A stretch of DNA of 64,000 nt from Octopus bimaculoides (GCF_001194135.2 NC_068992.1:8102628-8166627); one strand, 5' to 3'. Shown: positions 24,927 to 39,668, counted from the first letter of the stretch. Translations and numbers: made by a program. Notes: generated by a model not told the origin, from the letters alone.

Positions 24927-27900
24927 GGATGTGACTCTCAGGACATTGTTTTTGGATCAGCAACCAATTTTATTGTGTAGTTCGCCCATACATGAAACCA
25001 TTGCAATTTTGTCCTGTCTTAACCGTCTATACTATTGAACAGAAAATGTTTATGTATAAGATGCTCATTAAACTGATAATTATAATCCTATTTTTCTGAG
25101 TATTGTTTGTGTGAATCTGCACACACAGATATTATACTTTTTAAGAAGAAATATGATGTATAATAGATCATGGCCTTTTTCTTCTTATTAAAGATTGTAA
25201 TTTCAGTTAAAATTACTTTGGCTTTTTAAATTACATATGCTAACATCTATAAGTTCCCTGGGTATTCACCCATTCAGCTATTCTCTTAAGAATCAACACT
25301 GCTTTATTGTTCCAGATTATAAACGAACTATATTATGAGTGAATTGAATTATTACTAGATAGCCTAAATATTTACTGATGAACTTTGTGCTGAGATATTA
25401 TCAACCAATGTGGAGTAAACGAACTATATTATGAGTGAATTGAATTATTACTAGATCGCCTAAATATTTACTGATGAACTTTGTGCTGAGATATTATCAA
25501 CCAATGTGGAGTAGGTACCAATAGATTCTGATTGAACAGACCTTGATCACAAAAGAAGCCAACAAAAATTTTGCTAACCAATACAACTAAACATATGACT
25601 CTATGAAACTATCACTCAAATGTTTTCATAGCAGTAACTTAAAGTATAAAAAGTTGGAATACCACAAAATATTTTGTTTGGCACTCTCACTCTGCCAAAC
25701 TTTATTCTTTTTAAGTAAATATTAAGTGACCTTTCATCAAAGTTACAAATCATTGTTACTCTTATAATTAATATTATTAATACTAGAATTGGTTGAGCAC
25801 TTGATAAGCTGTTTCACATTTTGTGTCCAAATCTCAATGAGATCAACTTTGCAATCACATACTTACAAGGTCGATAAAATACTGTGTTTGAGCTAATTGA
25901 TTATACCCTTCTTTTTAAAGTTTGCAACCTGTGGCAAAATTAGAGATCTTTATTTACCTGAGTCATTTTACTGTGCTTAATATCTGAAGTAAAGTACTTT
26001 GATGCTGTTTGTTGGTTCAACCATCTGATCTAAAATGCACATGTTGCACCTGTTCAACTGCTGAAATCGACAAAATTTTTATACCTTTCAACCTTTCAGT
26101 CAAGTCCGCCTTTCTTCCAGTAACATACTGTCCATATAATCTTAAATATTTCTTTAACTCGGGCACAGTAAGTCCTTCGATAGCTGAATCATCGAGCTGC
26201 TTTATATCCATGATAAGACGTAAAACAATAACAATAGCGTGGATAGTCTGCGGAAGTTTAATTGTCTACATGGAGCGCCACCTAGCCAAGGGAGATAACC
26301 TACTTATAGAAAGGCCCTACTGTCAAGTCGACAGGTGTTAGCTCTTTAATGTGCTTAGGCAGGGGTAATAACTCTTCTCCAATGCATTTTTTTCTAAGGG
26401 AGGTAATTGCATGTCTCATATTGGAACAACGATCTTCCATAACTGATATACCAGCTGATTAATATCGGTTTTGATACAAAAGTCTTGAGTTTTAGTGTAA
26501 CCGGTTCTCCAGTAATTATTTAATTGACAAATACGTGTAACTTGGTCTCAGATTGACTGAAAATAAATGGCCGATTGTAAACTAATTTTTGCACAAGCAT
26601 ATTGTTGCTTTCAGTGAAGATACTGTTCAGTATATATAGGTAGATCAATAAGATATCTATATTATCAGTATATACTATGTTTATTGTACTGTTTCTGTAC
26701 GTTTGATCTGTATATCATTACAGATAATACTGCTAAGTACAATAGTAACCACACCATTTCACTAGAAATAAACTGGATGATGACACTATATAAGGAGTTC
26801 TAAACTGACCAGTTACAGTTGTACATCTAACTGTACACACAAGAAGTTATTATATTGTTAATGCTATTTTCATATTATTCCACTGTAGATAATACTGTGA
26901 TGGTTGATTAGAATATCTTATTACTTTGAAGACTTAATTATTGTTGTCAAGCCAGCTGTTGCTGAGTTTATAGATTTAATTGTGTGGAGTAGGGGCAGGT
27001 GGATGATGGATTGATTTCCTATCAAAGCAGAGTGAGTGTTAAATGTATTATTGCATTTTTGGGGCATAGATGGATTGGCAGAATTGTTAGTGAGTCAGAC
27101 AAAATGCTTGTGATATTTGTTCCAGCTCTTTACATTCTGAGTTCAAATCCTTCCAAGGCCTTTTTTTTTTTATTTTAAAAAATTTTTCTGAGAGTTAGTA
27201 AAATATAACTGTAGTCAGGTACTGGTGTAAATTTGTCTAACTCATCCTCCCAGATTTCTGGCATCATGCCTATCAAATAAAAAAAAGCTTTATGGTTTGG
27301 CAGAGCCATCAATGTTTCAAAAAAAAAAAAAATTCCTTTTATTTAGTTATGGATTTTTATTTTCTGAGTCAAAAAACCTGACTGAGTTTAACTTAATTCT
27401 TCATCCTCGTAGGGTTTGTAAAACAAAGTACCAATTTATCAACTTAACTTTCTCCTCATCCAAATTTCTGACCTTGTGCTAATGTAAGAAATCATTGCTA
27501 TTATTGCTCTGTGATCAGTGAGGAAAATGGTATGGAAGAAATGGTACTGCATGTCACAAGTAACAATAATTAGATTCATTCATCTATGATCCCTGTGTAA
27601 ATCTTGTTATGCTTGTTAAAATATGTCCTAATAAGTATTATACTAGGAGCTGTTTGAATTGATTACATACCACTCCTATGTACTTCTGGATTTTTTCCCA
27701 CTGTAGTATATCATTGTTATTATTGCTTCCTTGTCATAGATTATTTAACCCTTTAGCCTTGTAATGCTTATTTATTCATTGTTTTGAATTGTCCATGCAT
27801 TATCTTGTAGCTATGAGATTTTGATGATGTAACTGTTAATTTTTTAGAATGATATTGCAGGGTTGGCATGGGAAACCACATCTGACCTATTTGAACATAA

Positions 27901-29807
27901 AACAGGTTGAATATTTTGGCCAAATGTGGACGGTTTCAATGCCAAATGATTAAGTAGTTGTTGTTCTTTAACCAAGTTCTGGCTTGAAGTAGATTTCTAA
28001 TTGCATCCCAGCTATGGCTATATCATCATATTTTCAGCCTAGTGTATCAGTATCTATTGTGGCCTTCCACTTTTAGGATGACAGGATGTAAATTGAGGAA
28101 CATTTGGTTGCTACGTCTAACAAGTTCCTATATATGTTGTTTAGAGTTGTAATCTTGTATATTTCTCTACAATTCAGTAGTTGAACATAGTTGAGGAATC
28201 ATTGGTTCTAATTTTAATTAACTTAGTATTTACTTAGAGACTACTTCCAATTTACTGCTGTAATTCATACTAATTAAATAGTTATAGCCTCATTGCAGTT
28301 ATATATTATGCATTTTTTATGTTTATGTTTCATGTTGTTAAAAAATATTTTTGATATATTGCTAAAAAATATATTCCACTTGGTTATCTGTAAATTAGAA
28401 ATAAGTTTTGGAAACAAAAAGTTATTCTAGAAATAATTGTTGTTGTAACATTAAATTAAAGAAAAAATATGGAACTTGTTTGTTTTTTCCTTTAAATTGA
28501 ATTTATCATTTTTCTTTTTTCAAATCAGTATTGACATTTTGAATTTAAGATTTTATTGATATACAACAGAGATTTTTGAAAGATTTAAATTTTGAATTCA
28601 GATTTAAAGATGAAGTCCTTCATGTTAAAGTAATTTTAGTTGTAATAAAAAAAAAAAATGACAAAATAATTTCAAAATTCCAATTATATTTACAAAATGT
28701 TTAGCGATTCATATATAATCTCCACAATAAATGTTTTTGCCAAAGTTTTTCTGATACTNNNNNNNNNNATATATATATATATATAGTAGCTGTTTTTTGT
28801 ACAGTTAGTCAGATGGCATAGAACATTTTGGTATAAAAGGAGTAAACAAAAAATATATGCACTGATGGATGTTATTTTTTTGTATACTTCTGCAGTATAC
28901 CAAAACTGTCCACTTGGCCCTCCATCTTTTTGTGTTTACTGTACAAGAAGCTGCTACCTCTATCCCATAGCAAATTTCATGCTAATTTTACTGTTTTTGA
29001 GAAGCCAATATCAGTGAGACTTCAATGCCAATAACTACTGTTGATAAAATAAATTTTGATTCTAGAGTCAATATTGAATCTTTCGCTCAGTGTGTTTTGT
29101 GTATCTTAATGCACAAAGTTTTAAAGGAAGCAGTTTATACATACATGCATGCATACATACATACATGCATGCATGCATACATACATACATACATACATGC
29201 ATGCATGCATACATGCATATATACATAATTTTACTAATACATTTCTTTGTTTTCCCATCTGTATATTATCTGTTGTTTGTACTTTGTTGTTATATATGTT
29301 AATCAAAATATATATTTAGTTCAATTATCTTTGAGTTGATTGAGATATCAGTTAGTAGCTTTCTCCTTCCTCTTCACTTTTTCCCACCCCTACCCTATTG
29401 TTTCTTTTATCTCCCCACCACCACCTCTGTCATATTGTTGTCTCCTGAAGATTTGAACAAAAAAAATGCATAAGTTTCAACATGAGTGTCTCAGCCACAG
29501 AGAAAAACTTGCTACAAGCTGGCATAAAAGTATACCTTATGGTTCAATAGGGATTTAAGTTTGTGAAAATAAAAGTATTGCCATAACTATTGTAAGTTTT
29601 GTCAGTCTGCACACTTTCTGTTTAGCTAGCTGATACCCTGTCCTCATCCCATGTTATGTCAGTTTGAATGTTAGAGAATTAGTAAACCCTTGTTAACAGG
29701 ATTTTGCAAATCCATGTGTGAACCCACATGCTCCAATACAAAAGTTATATCCACAATTTTGTTTTGTATATATAGTATATTATGAGTTTGCGTGTGTATA
29801 TGTTTGT

Positions 29808-29864
<57 letters not shown>

Positions 29865-31588
29865 TACACACATATATGCTCTAATATAAAAGTAATAACC
29901 ACATATTTGTATATTTGTTTTGTCTGTCGTATATTCTGATTTCTTAAACTCTTTTTTTATGTTTCCCATAACAATCTTTATCACTGCTCTGAAGTGAACT
30001 TATTTATTGAGCACATTCATAAAACTATCTCATGTTTAGCTGACTTAGGATCCTTGTATTAGACCTATTTATGTCTATTTATTAATCAATATCTGTTTAT
30101 GTAAACACTTGAGTACAAACAAAAGGATCAGATCATCTGCAAACAGGAAATTAGAAACCTCAGGGGTAAAGAGCTGTGAAGTTTCATCTGCCAGTAAAAT
30201 ATATCAATATATCTGTCTGTCTGTCTGTCTAAGAGAGAGATAAGGGGGACGAGGAGGAAATATTCTTAGATACTTTTTGAAGGGCATTTGGCTTTAGGAA
30301 GGGCATCCAACTGTAGAAACTCTGCCAGATCAGATTGGAGCCTAGTGCAGCCTTCTGGCTTGCCAGTCCTCAATCAAATCGTCCAACCCATGCTAGCATG
30401 GAAAGCGGATGTTAAACGATGATGATGACTGCAATAATTCATCCTGAGATGGGAATTTAATCTTACCTCTTCTGATGACTAAGTAAGCTTACTAACTTTT
30501 ACACTAGTAGAAGGACTTTCACTACTGAAAATGATGTACAAACGTTTGTCTGTTCATTACGTTATTACTATGTTAGAAATGGAGTTGCACATAAATTTCT
30601 ATGATGGATGTAACTGAAAGGACTCGGGACATAGACTTCCCTCTTCAACCAAGCCTCCATCGACTTATTCATTTTCCCACATGGAGAGCTGTGTGAGGGT
30701 GGAAGAAGTGCTCCTGTACGCCACTAAATTTGTTGAAAGGCAGGGGGGAAAATATTAAGGCACAAGGAATACAGCTGGGAGAAAAAAAAACATTTTTGGT
30801 AATCTAAGTAATTCTGGATCTGTGGGGTTTCTTGATTGGCCTTTGGTGACAGACCTCCTCCTGGAACTATATTTTTTGTATTCTGTGTGTAAATCTATGC
30901 TTTTTGAAGCCTGTCCTTGTATTATCCTTCCTCTGTCACCTTTGTAGTAATAAGAAGGAATTATTTTTTGGTAGAATTTTAGTGTTGGTCAAAGTACATT
31001 GTAGCAGTTGTTCTAATTCTTTAGATTTTGGTTTGAAATCCTGCTGAGGTCAACTTTGTACTTTATTCTTCCAGAGTCAGTAAAATAAAGTACCTGTCAA
31101 TTACTAGAATTGATTTAATTGATGAATCTCACAAATGCTGTTTCAACTTATCTTTCATTGATATGATATAAATTCCAGCCTATTACTAGAGCAAGGTTCC
31201 TATCTAATTCACTGTACCACTATCAATATTATTAATATTGTTTATAAGGTAGCGAGCTGGCAGAAGAGTAAAATGCTTGGCATTTCTTCTGGCTCTTTAT
31301 GTTCTGAGCTCAATTCCTGCAATGGCTGAGTTTGCCTTTCCTTTTTTCAAGGTTGATAGAAGTAAAATATCAGTGAGCTTGTTATAATTAATTAGCTCAC
31401 CCGCTAAATTTACTGACTTTGTGCTAAAGTTTAAAACAAAAATTTTTTTCATTGCTTATATACTTGTTCACTCATTTCTATTATGAAATGTAACAGTAAC
31501 TTCTCAAATAAGATAATTCTACCTGTTTCATTATGTTGATCTCCTTCTACTCAGACATTCCATTTTATCTACTCATATCTGCATTGAT

Positions 31589-31629
<41 letters not shown>

Positions 31630-33831
31630 TTTGCATGGACATCATACAGTATGTATTTAGTTTTATGTAACTGTTGCCAAATTCATATAGGTATATATTC
31701 TTGCTATTCTGAGGTAGAAATAACTCCTGAAGAGACTGGGTAATTACAGAAATTTTTGCACTTCACCATTACTGCACTGTTTGAACTTACTGTCACGGGC
31801 ATCATAAAGGCACCTTCTCATGAGACATTTTCTCAGGCTCAGTTTCCTTGCCAGTCCTGGTTGTTTCACTTCATTTGTATTAAGTCCTGCCCCTGAGACA
31901 TGATCAAACAATATACAGTATTATTTCTCTTTTGTAAATGTATAAATAGATCTACTTTAGATTTTGTTTCAACTAACTTCAAATTCGGAAAACATTGTAA
32001 GCTTTTCTCTCTAATTATTTCCCTTAGTTACAGACCCCTGACTTTATGAAGCAAGTTCTTGATTCAATATTCCATTGAATATAATATAATAAATAACACA
32101 AATATCTATTTTAGTTTCCTAGTGATCAAACTCTCTGCTTTTCTATTTGTGTGTGTGATCTGTTTGACAGAAACTTTTTAGATTTTTTCTCAACATAGTT
32201 GAAGCCATGCTTCAGTTTAGAAAATGTTAGTCATCTTACAGAAATGCTACGTCTCTACATTTTGTTTCTATTGCATTTAAATCTGCTAAATGCCCCAACC
32301 CTTCCAGTTAATTCTAAATATTTGTCCATCTTTCCATAGAGATCTGCTAAATATTGCCTGACCCATTTCAACTAAAAGCTACTAACTGTTCCTCGTTCAA
32401 CTCAGTCATGTTAAGTTTATTTCCTGTATGTATTGTCACAATTATATGATTGTATACTTGAGAAACAGTGACTGTTTAATTGCTAATTAAACAAAACTCC
32501 TTCCCCCATACCTAATTAGGTACTGATTTATCAGGGGAGAGGACTTGAAAAATTGTTTTTTTTAAAGTAGGGTTGGTGGTTCTGTTTGTTTTCATATTTC
32601 AATGCTATAATAGCCTCTCACAACCCTGTCACTGTTTCTTTTCATAAAGACAAGGGAATGTTTCTCTCAGGTGAGTTTCCAGAATTGATTTTACACAAGG
32701 ATGTTTTTTTTTTTTTTATTCACAAGAGACAAATGCAGACAAAGGGATTTCTTTTCCATTGACAATTTCTCTTCCATTGACAATTTCTCTTCTAGTTTTC
32801 AAACAACTTTTTTCAATATCAATGTTATGAACAATTCTTTGGAGTTCAAAACAAAAATATTACACAAGATCTTCATTAGATTGACTCTATTTGTCTACAA
32901 TTCTCTACAAAGTATCTTATTTACTCTCTTCACCACAACTTTTTTATAACTATTTTGTTTATTCTAAACAAGAAATAATTTCAAAAAACCTTAAAGTTGG
33001 CATAAAATCGTAAGTATTTATTAAACAAGGCCCAATTCAAACAATATAATTTTGTGATTATATTTTGTGAAAAAACATAACTTTTTTTTCCCAAGTTAAG
33101 ATTTAATTCAAATTTTGTTTATTCTTTCGAACAACACTGCTTTAATCTCTCATACGTGGTGTACATGTCAGTTGAATGCATTAATGTTTTGGTTCTTCGG
33201 TGAACACCACAACTAATGAATATTATAATAGTCTATGATATATGATCATTTTATTTCAATGCATCTATGGCAGTCAGCATATAGGTCTTCAACTGATAGT
33301 GTCATCTCAATTGTATTTAACTGATTACACCATTTCAGCTGATTCAAGTATGTGTTACTGAGTATTATAGTGCTTACAAAACCAGATTCTAAAGTACCAG
33401 TAGCAATGATGTTGGGATCTTGAACAGTTCATTTACTAATAATCTATTTTCCTTCTGAAACTATCAAAAACCTATGCCGTCTGTATTACTGTGTTAAGCT
33501 TATTTTCATAGTTGACTCAAATGTGTTCAAGAAGTTTTATTAGTATATGCAGTACTTTATAGATAAAGCAAGAGTTACTGCTCTTACATTAGTAATATGA
33601 TTATAACTTCACAGCGTGTGTATGTATTCTTTTATTGGTTTCGAAGGTTGGAGAGTGACTTCAGTGTTTGCTTTTTCGATCGGTTCCTGTTTTATCGACC
33701 ACAAATTCGTCATTTGAATTTTTTTTTTCCACCATCTTATATGAACACTCACACTAAGTTAGCTATTCCGGTTACTTTGTTTAGGAGTAATGTGTATGGA
33801 TTCTTCTTTTTAAACAAACAATTAAAATGCA

Positions 33832-33869
<38 letters not shown>

Positions 33870-34257
33870 TCATTATTTTACCACGAAAGGCAATTATAAC
33901 AATAACTCAAATCAATCATTATTCATAACTCTTATTGTCAACTACGTAAATCTCTTTGACTGCACTCTTAAAAGAAAAAAGAAAAAAAAAAACTTGCCTG
34001 TGGCTTCAGTCAGTCAACTGATTTGTCTGCGATTGTCTGTGTGGGAGTGTGATCAGCATTTTGAATTCTCTTACTTTATTCTGTTAGTTGATATTGTTTT
34101 TTTTTTTATCTCTTCATTTTCATTTTATCTTAATTTGTTCTGACTTTAATGAATTTTTAGTTTAGGGAAGAGTATGCAACACATTATTTGTATAGTGTCC
34201 ATTTATCTCTTGCACCTTATATTCACACACTGTTCATTGCTAATGTTTTATCTGTGC

Positions 34258-34301
<44 letters not shown>

Positions 34302-37300
34302 ATTCATGCGCATATACTCACATACTTTTCATTTATGAAATTCTGATAGAGGTATTGTTAGAATTTGATTGTCACCTCTGCTAGTCTCTGGGTGCCACCT
34401 TGTTCACTTGCATTTTGCGCCCTTATTATATTGTTTATTTTTGTAAGAGAGACACAAGTGTGTGAGTTCGTGATGCTTGTTAAATCTTGCTGCATAAGCC
34501 CTAATAATTCTTCATAGCTTGTAGCCTCTATCTATCTGACAATACATTCTGTTTTCACTACACACTTGTGTTGTTAGCTCTAGTTGTGGCACCTAGCTAT
34601 TTCGAAACAAAACTTAAGTTATTGTGCCTACATTTTGTTGATATCCAAATCGACAGTTAAAAAAAAACTTCACCAAAGCTAGTGAGAAAAGATACAAACT
34701 CGCATCATGACAATGATTTTTCACATAGAATCAATAATACAGATTTTGTAGAAAGAAGCAGTTGTTGAATCGTATTGGCCACAGTATACAGCTGGTACTT
34801 TGTTTTATCCGTCCTTGAAGGATGAAAGGTAAATTTGACTTTGATAGGATTCAAATTCAGAAAGTAAGGGAATTCAACTAAATACTGCAACATGTTTCTG
34901 TCTTCCACTGTACCAATGTTCTGTCAATATTGATGATAATAATAATAATAGTAATTAGTAATAATGATAAAAAATTATGTTGATTTCTAATGAGATACAC
35001 GGTCACAGTCAGTAACACCAATCCCAGTACTTGAGAGCTACTTCATTACAACTATTGGAAGGTAGATGTCAAAATTGACTCTAGTAGGCTGTAACTAAAT
35101 GCTGCAAGGCTTTTCGTCTGGTGTGGTTATTGATTTATGATATTTTTATAGACATACAGGCATAGGAGTGGCTGTGTGGTAAGAAGCTTGCTTCCCAACC
35201 ACATGGTTCCAGGTTCAGTCCCACTACCTGGCACCTTGAGCAAGCGTCTTCTATAGCCTTGGAGTGGATTTGGTAGATGGAAACTGAAAAGAAGCCCGTC
35301 ATACACACACACACACACACACACGTATATATATGTTTGTGTTTGTCCCATCGCCTGACAACCAATGTTGGTGTGTTTACGTACCCGTAACTTAGCAGTT
35401 CGACAAAAGAGACTGATAGAATAAGTACTAGGCTTACAAAGAATAAGTCCAGGGGTCAATTTGTTTGACTAAAGGTGGTGCTCCAGCATGGCCCCAGTCA
35501 AATGACTGAAACCAAAAAAAAAAAAAATACACATTCCTAGCTACTGTTACTTCTGATAATAATTGTAAATCAGTGACAGTTCCTATTAACCCTTTTGTGA
35601 ATCCTTGATATTCTACACTGATGGTGTTTAACAGTACCTTCTCTAGCATCAAACAGGAGACTCAACCTGTATCAGGGTAGTTTACTGGTATGCTGCTGAT
35701 ATAATCTTTCCTAGATTGTTTGTCAGTTATCTTGTGTCTAGGAAAATGCCATTGGAGAGAATGTGTCACTGAACTCTAAAGCAGTAGACTCTCACATACC
35801 TCATCTACTGTGGATGTCTACCTTACTTAACTCTTTCTTGGAATCAATCTAAAGTGTTCCTCTTGGGTGTGGATCACTATCTTCTCCGATAAAACTAGGT
35901 TAAACAAGACATATCTGAAAACAGACCAGGTATATGCTGCAAATGTAAATGATATAAAGATGAGGTTCATAATCACATTTCTTACTAATATATTGACCTT
36001 TATTTATTTATATTTTATTGATTATAATTTGAATGTCCATTTTCCCAAATTACTTGTAATATTCATTCTAGCTCTTTACGTTCTTATTTCAAATTCTGCC
36101 AATGTCAGCTGCAACATTCATCCATTCAGGGTAAATAAAATGATGTGCAAATCAAGTACCTTGCTCAATATAAATGTCTGTTGTTCCTTCCTCTCAAATT
36201 TGAGATATTGTACTCTTTGCTTGTGTTAGAAATTAATATAAACTAAAGATTTAGGACTAAAAAAAAAAACCAACTTTTTAAAAAATTTTGTGGTTCTCTC
36301 TTTGAGCTTCATATATATTGAATACAGGTGAGATATCTTGTAATGTTGAATATTAACAGAACCATTCTGCTATGCTAGATCTAAGTGGCTACTGAGTTAT
36401 CTGTGAAATATTTGGTTTGCTTGAGGAGAATAAACTCTACAAATAAACTTTTGAAAGAATCAATTTGATAAAGGAGTTGTTAGTTCTTTGTACTGTAATC
36501 AGTAGAACTTCTGACTGGGAAGTGATAGAGATAGAATGTTCTTTTCATCAACAAGTTTGCTGTTGTGCACCCATGACAAGAGTGTAAGTGCCCTGAGAGA
36601 AATGTTGGACATAAGAAGCATTGGATTTGACGTGCAAGAGAGAGACGACTGCACTGGTATGGTCACGTACTACGGATGGATGAGGAGAGCTGTGTGAAGA
36701 AGTGTCATTCCCTAACAGTGGAAGGAACCCATGGTAGAAGGACACCCAAGAAGACAAAGGTTGAGGTGGTGAAGCATGACCTTCAAAGGTTGGGCCTCAC
36801 AGAGGCATTGACGAAAGACTGAGACCTCTGGAGATGTGCTGTGATTGAGAAGACCTGGCAAGTAAAGTGAGATCACAACCATAGCCTCCACCAGTGTTGC
36901 ATGACCAGCCCACTTAAAAAAGTACCTTTGGATTGTCTGGCGACATGCCATGCTTGAGGAAACCTATTGAGTCAAGTACATCAAAATCAAATCAAACTGC
37001 ATTCAAATGGAAATTGTAGTTGTGACTGATGCCAGTGCCGCCTGACTGGCTCCCATGCTGGTGGCACACAATAAGCACCATTCATGTGTGGGTCGTTGCC
37101 AGTGCCGCTTGACTGGCTCCCTGTGCTGGTGGCATGTAAAAAGCACCATCCAAACATGGTCGATACCAGCCCCGACTAGCTCCTGTGCCAGTGGCATGTA
37201 AAAAGCACCCACTACACTCTCAGAGTGGTTGGCGTTAGGAAGGGCGTCCAGCTGTAGAAACATTGCCAGATCAGATTGGAGGCTGTTGCAGCTTCCTGGC

Positions 37301-39668
37301 TTGCCAGACCCTAGTCAAACCGTCCAACTCATGCCAGCATGGAAAACGGATGTTAAACGATGATGATGTATGTATGTTGGTGTGTGTATGTGTGCATATA
37401 TGGATACGTATGTAATTACACCTCACAGGCCCGAGTATTTATATATACAAAGTAAGACTGTTTGTGTCTGTCATTAAGCTTTCTTATAGCATTAGTGAGA
37501 TTGTATCACAATCCTCAGTTTCCCTGCCAGGCAGTTTTTAATTTTCAGTGTGTTTGTTGTGTGTTGTATGAATACTTGTGCACTCACACACACACACACG
37601 TGTGTGTGTGTGTGTGTATACATATATACAATCTCTGATACAATAAACAGATCAGTTTATAAATAATTGTAAACCTCAGTGTCCAGATTATTTCACCCCC
37701 AGCTAGTATGATTTATAAACATTGATTAATTTGGTCATTGAACTCACAGATTATAGCATTATTTGAAATTTAATTCACCTCTGTATTTTTGGCTTTCTAA
37801 CATGGAGATTTGCAGTTTGTATTTACTACTGCTATTACTACTACTACTACTAAATAGATGATGTCTGTGCCTCTAAAACTTGTGACCTTATGATGAAGTT
37901 ATGAAGTTGAAATTATTGTTATTAAGGAAGGTAGACTTACTGAAGCACTCGTGTTTAGTTGCTCTAATTGACTTGGTCTTTCATCGTTATGGTGTATGTG
38001 AATTGATATTGGAGCATTGCAGTTACATTGGAAGAACCTTTCATAGTGACATAATTAGCAAGGCCGGTGTCTGAAAATATGGATTAGTCGAATTAAATCA
38101 CATCTTGAATCAATATCTGGCTCTTGCATATATGGTCTCTGCTGTTGGGTTTGAACCAGCTCAACTAATCTTCATTGAATGCCAACACAATAAAGTACCG
38201 CTCTGGAAGCGGGTTGATCTAATTAACCCTGTTCCCAAATTTGAGTCCTATGACTGTTAGAAATAATTATTGTTTCTTTTAACTTTTTCTTCTTTTAACC
38301 TTACCCACATTCTGTAGCTCCCTCTTTCACTCTTACTTCCTGTTTCTGTTGTGCCTGTAATTCAAAGGGTCAGTTTTGTCACAATCTGTGTCTCGCTGAA
38401 TATCCCCGAGAACGTTAATTTCACGAGCAGGCTGGTTGGGTTGATCGGATCAACTGGAACCCTCGATGTCGTAAGCGACGGAGTGCCAACAACAAACAAC
38501 AACATATATATGCCTACAACATTGAACAAGTGTTTTTGAATCCGTGTAGGTAACAGAAATTTATATAGGGTCTGTTGGTTACCAACTACCTAAGTACACC
38601 AAAAGCCAAGTAGCATAGTAGGCAGAGTCAGCAGCAACAATAGAAGTTTTTACTTAGTATAATAAGGGTAGGTGTATTATGGCAATTCCTGAGGTCATTC
38701 ATTACTCAAATTATTCAACTTCTCACAGAACTCACTTTTTAAGGGGTACCAACCATTTCCATGTATATATACCTACAGGAGTAGGAAATAGAAGTTTATA
38801 CAGCTAAATTTATTCATCCAAAGCCAAATAGCATAGTGGGCAGAGGCGACAGCAACACCAGAACTTTCTATTTTGTATGTAGGGTAGGTAGGTAGGTATA
38901 TGGTAATTCCAGAGGTCAGTCATTACTCAGTTTCTGAGGTCATCTGTTACTCAGATTATTCTGGCTCACTCAGAACTGTTTGTTTTTTGCTTTTTTTTTT
39001 TTTATAAGTTTCTTTCTTTTTCCTCACCTGCCACCAAATATTTTTTTTTTTTTTAATTCTGAACCAAATATTTTTCTACTTTCAGTTTTAGCTTATTGTT
39101 GTTATTGTTGCATACTATTCCTCCATCAAACTTCTTCTTTATTCTAGTAGCTATCAGTGTGTATATTTTCAGTAGCATTTCATGTTTTCTGTTGTTTTGT
39201 TTTTTTTTTGTTTTGTTTTTTGTTTTCTTTCCTTTCTGATCTTTTATATAAAATAAATAAATAGAGCGATTTCTTGCCATGTGTCTGCAATTTTGTTTTC
39301 CAACCGGCCGACTAACTTTACCCTGGGCAGTGGACAACTGCTTATCTCCAAGCATACTTATGCTCCATCGTTCCTCGCTTTTCCGTTGACCAGCCGGATT
39401 CTGACTACGAGGTAATACAATGTTGTTCATCTCCCCCCGTGCATTGACGCTGCATACGCGCATACATACATACATGAACTGTATATATGTATGTGTGTAG
39501 TCACTTATATGTGTCAGTGTATGCATATTGATTTTTTTTTTTTTTTTGATTAGAAACATTTCCTCCCTATAGAGTGTCTTTAGTTCACTGTGGCTTTTAA
39601 TATGGACTGTCTACTTTTTTTTTGGCATATTTAGTCTGTGTGTGTGTGTGTGTCTGTATATGTATATA

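Noticed and set aside
39053-39559. 168-aa minus-strand ORF
   Set aside because: Low-complexity ends from A/T runs and microsatellite, no recognisable domain. It is open largely because it is antisense to the stop-poor CpG island.
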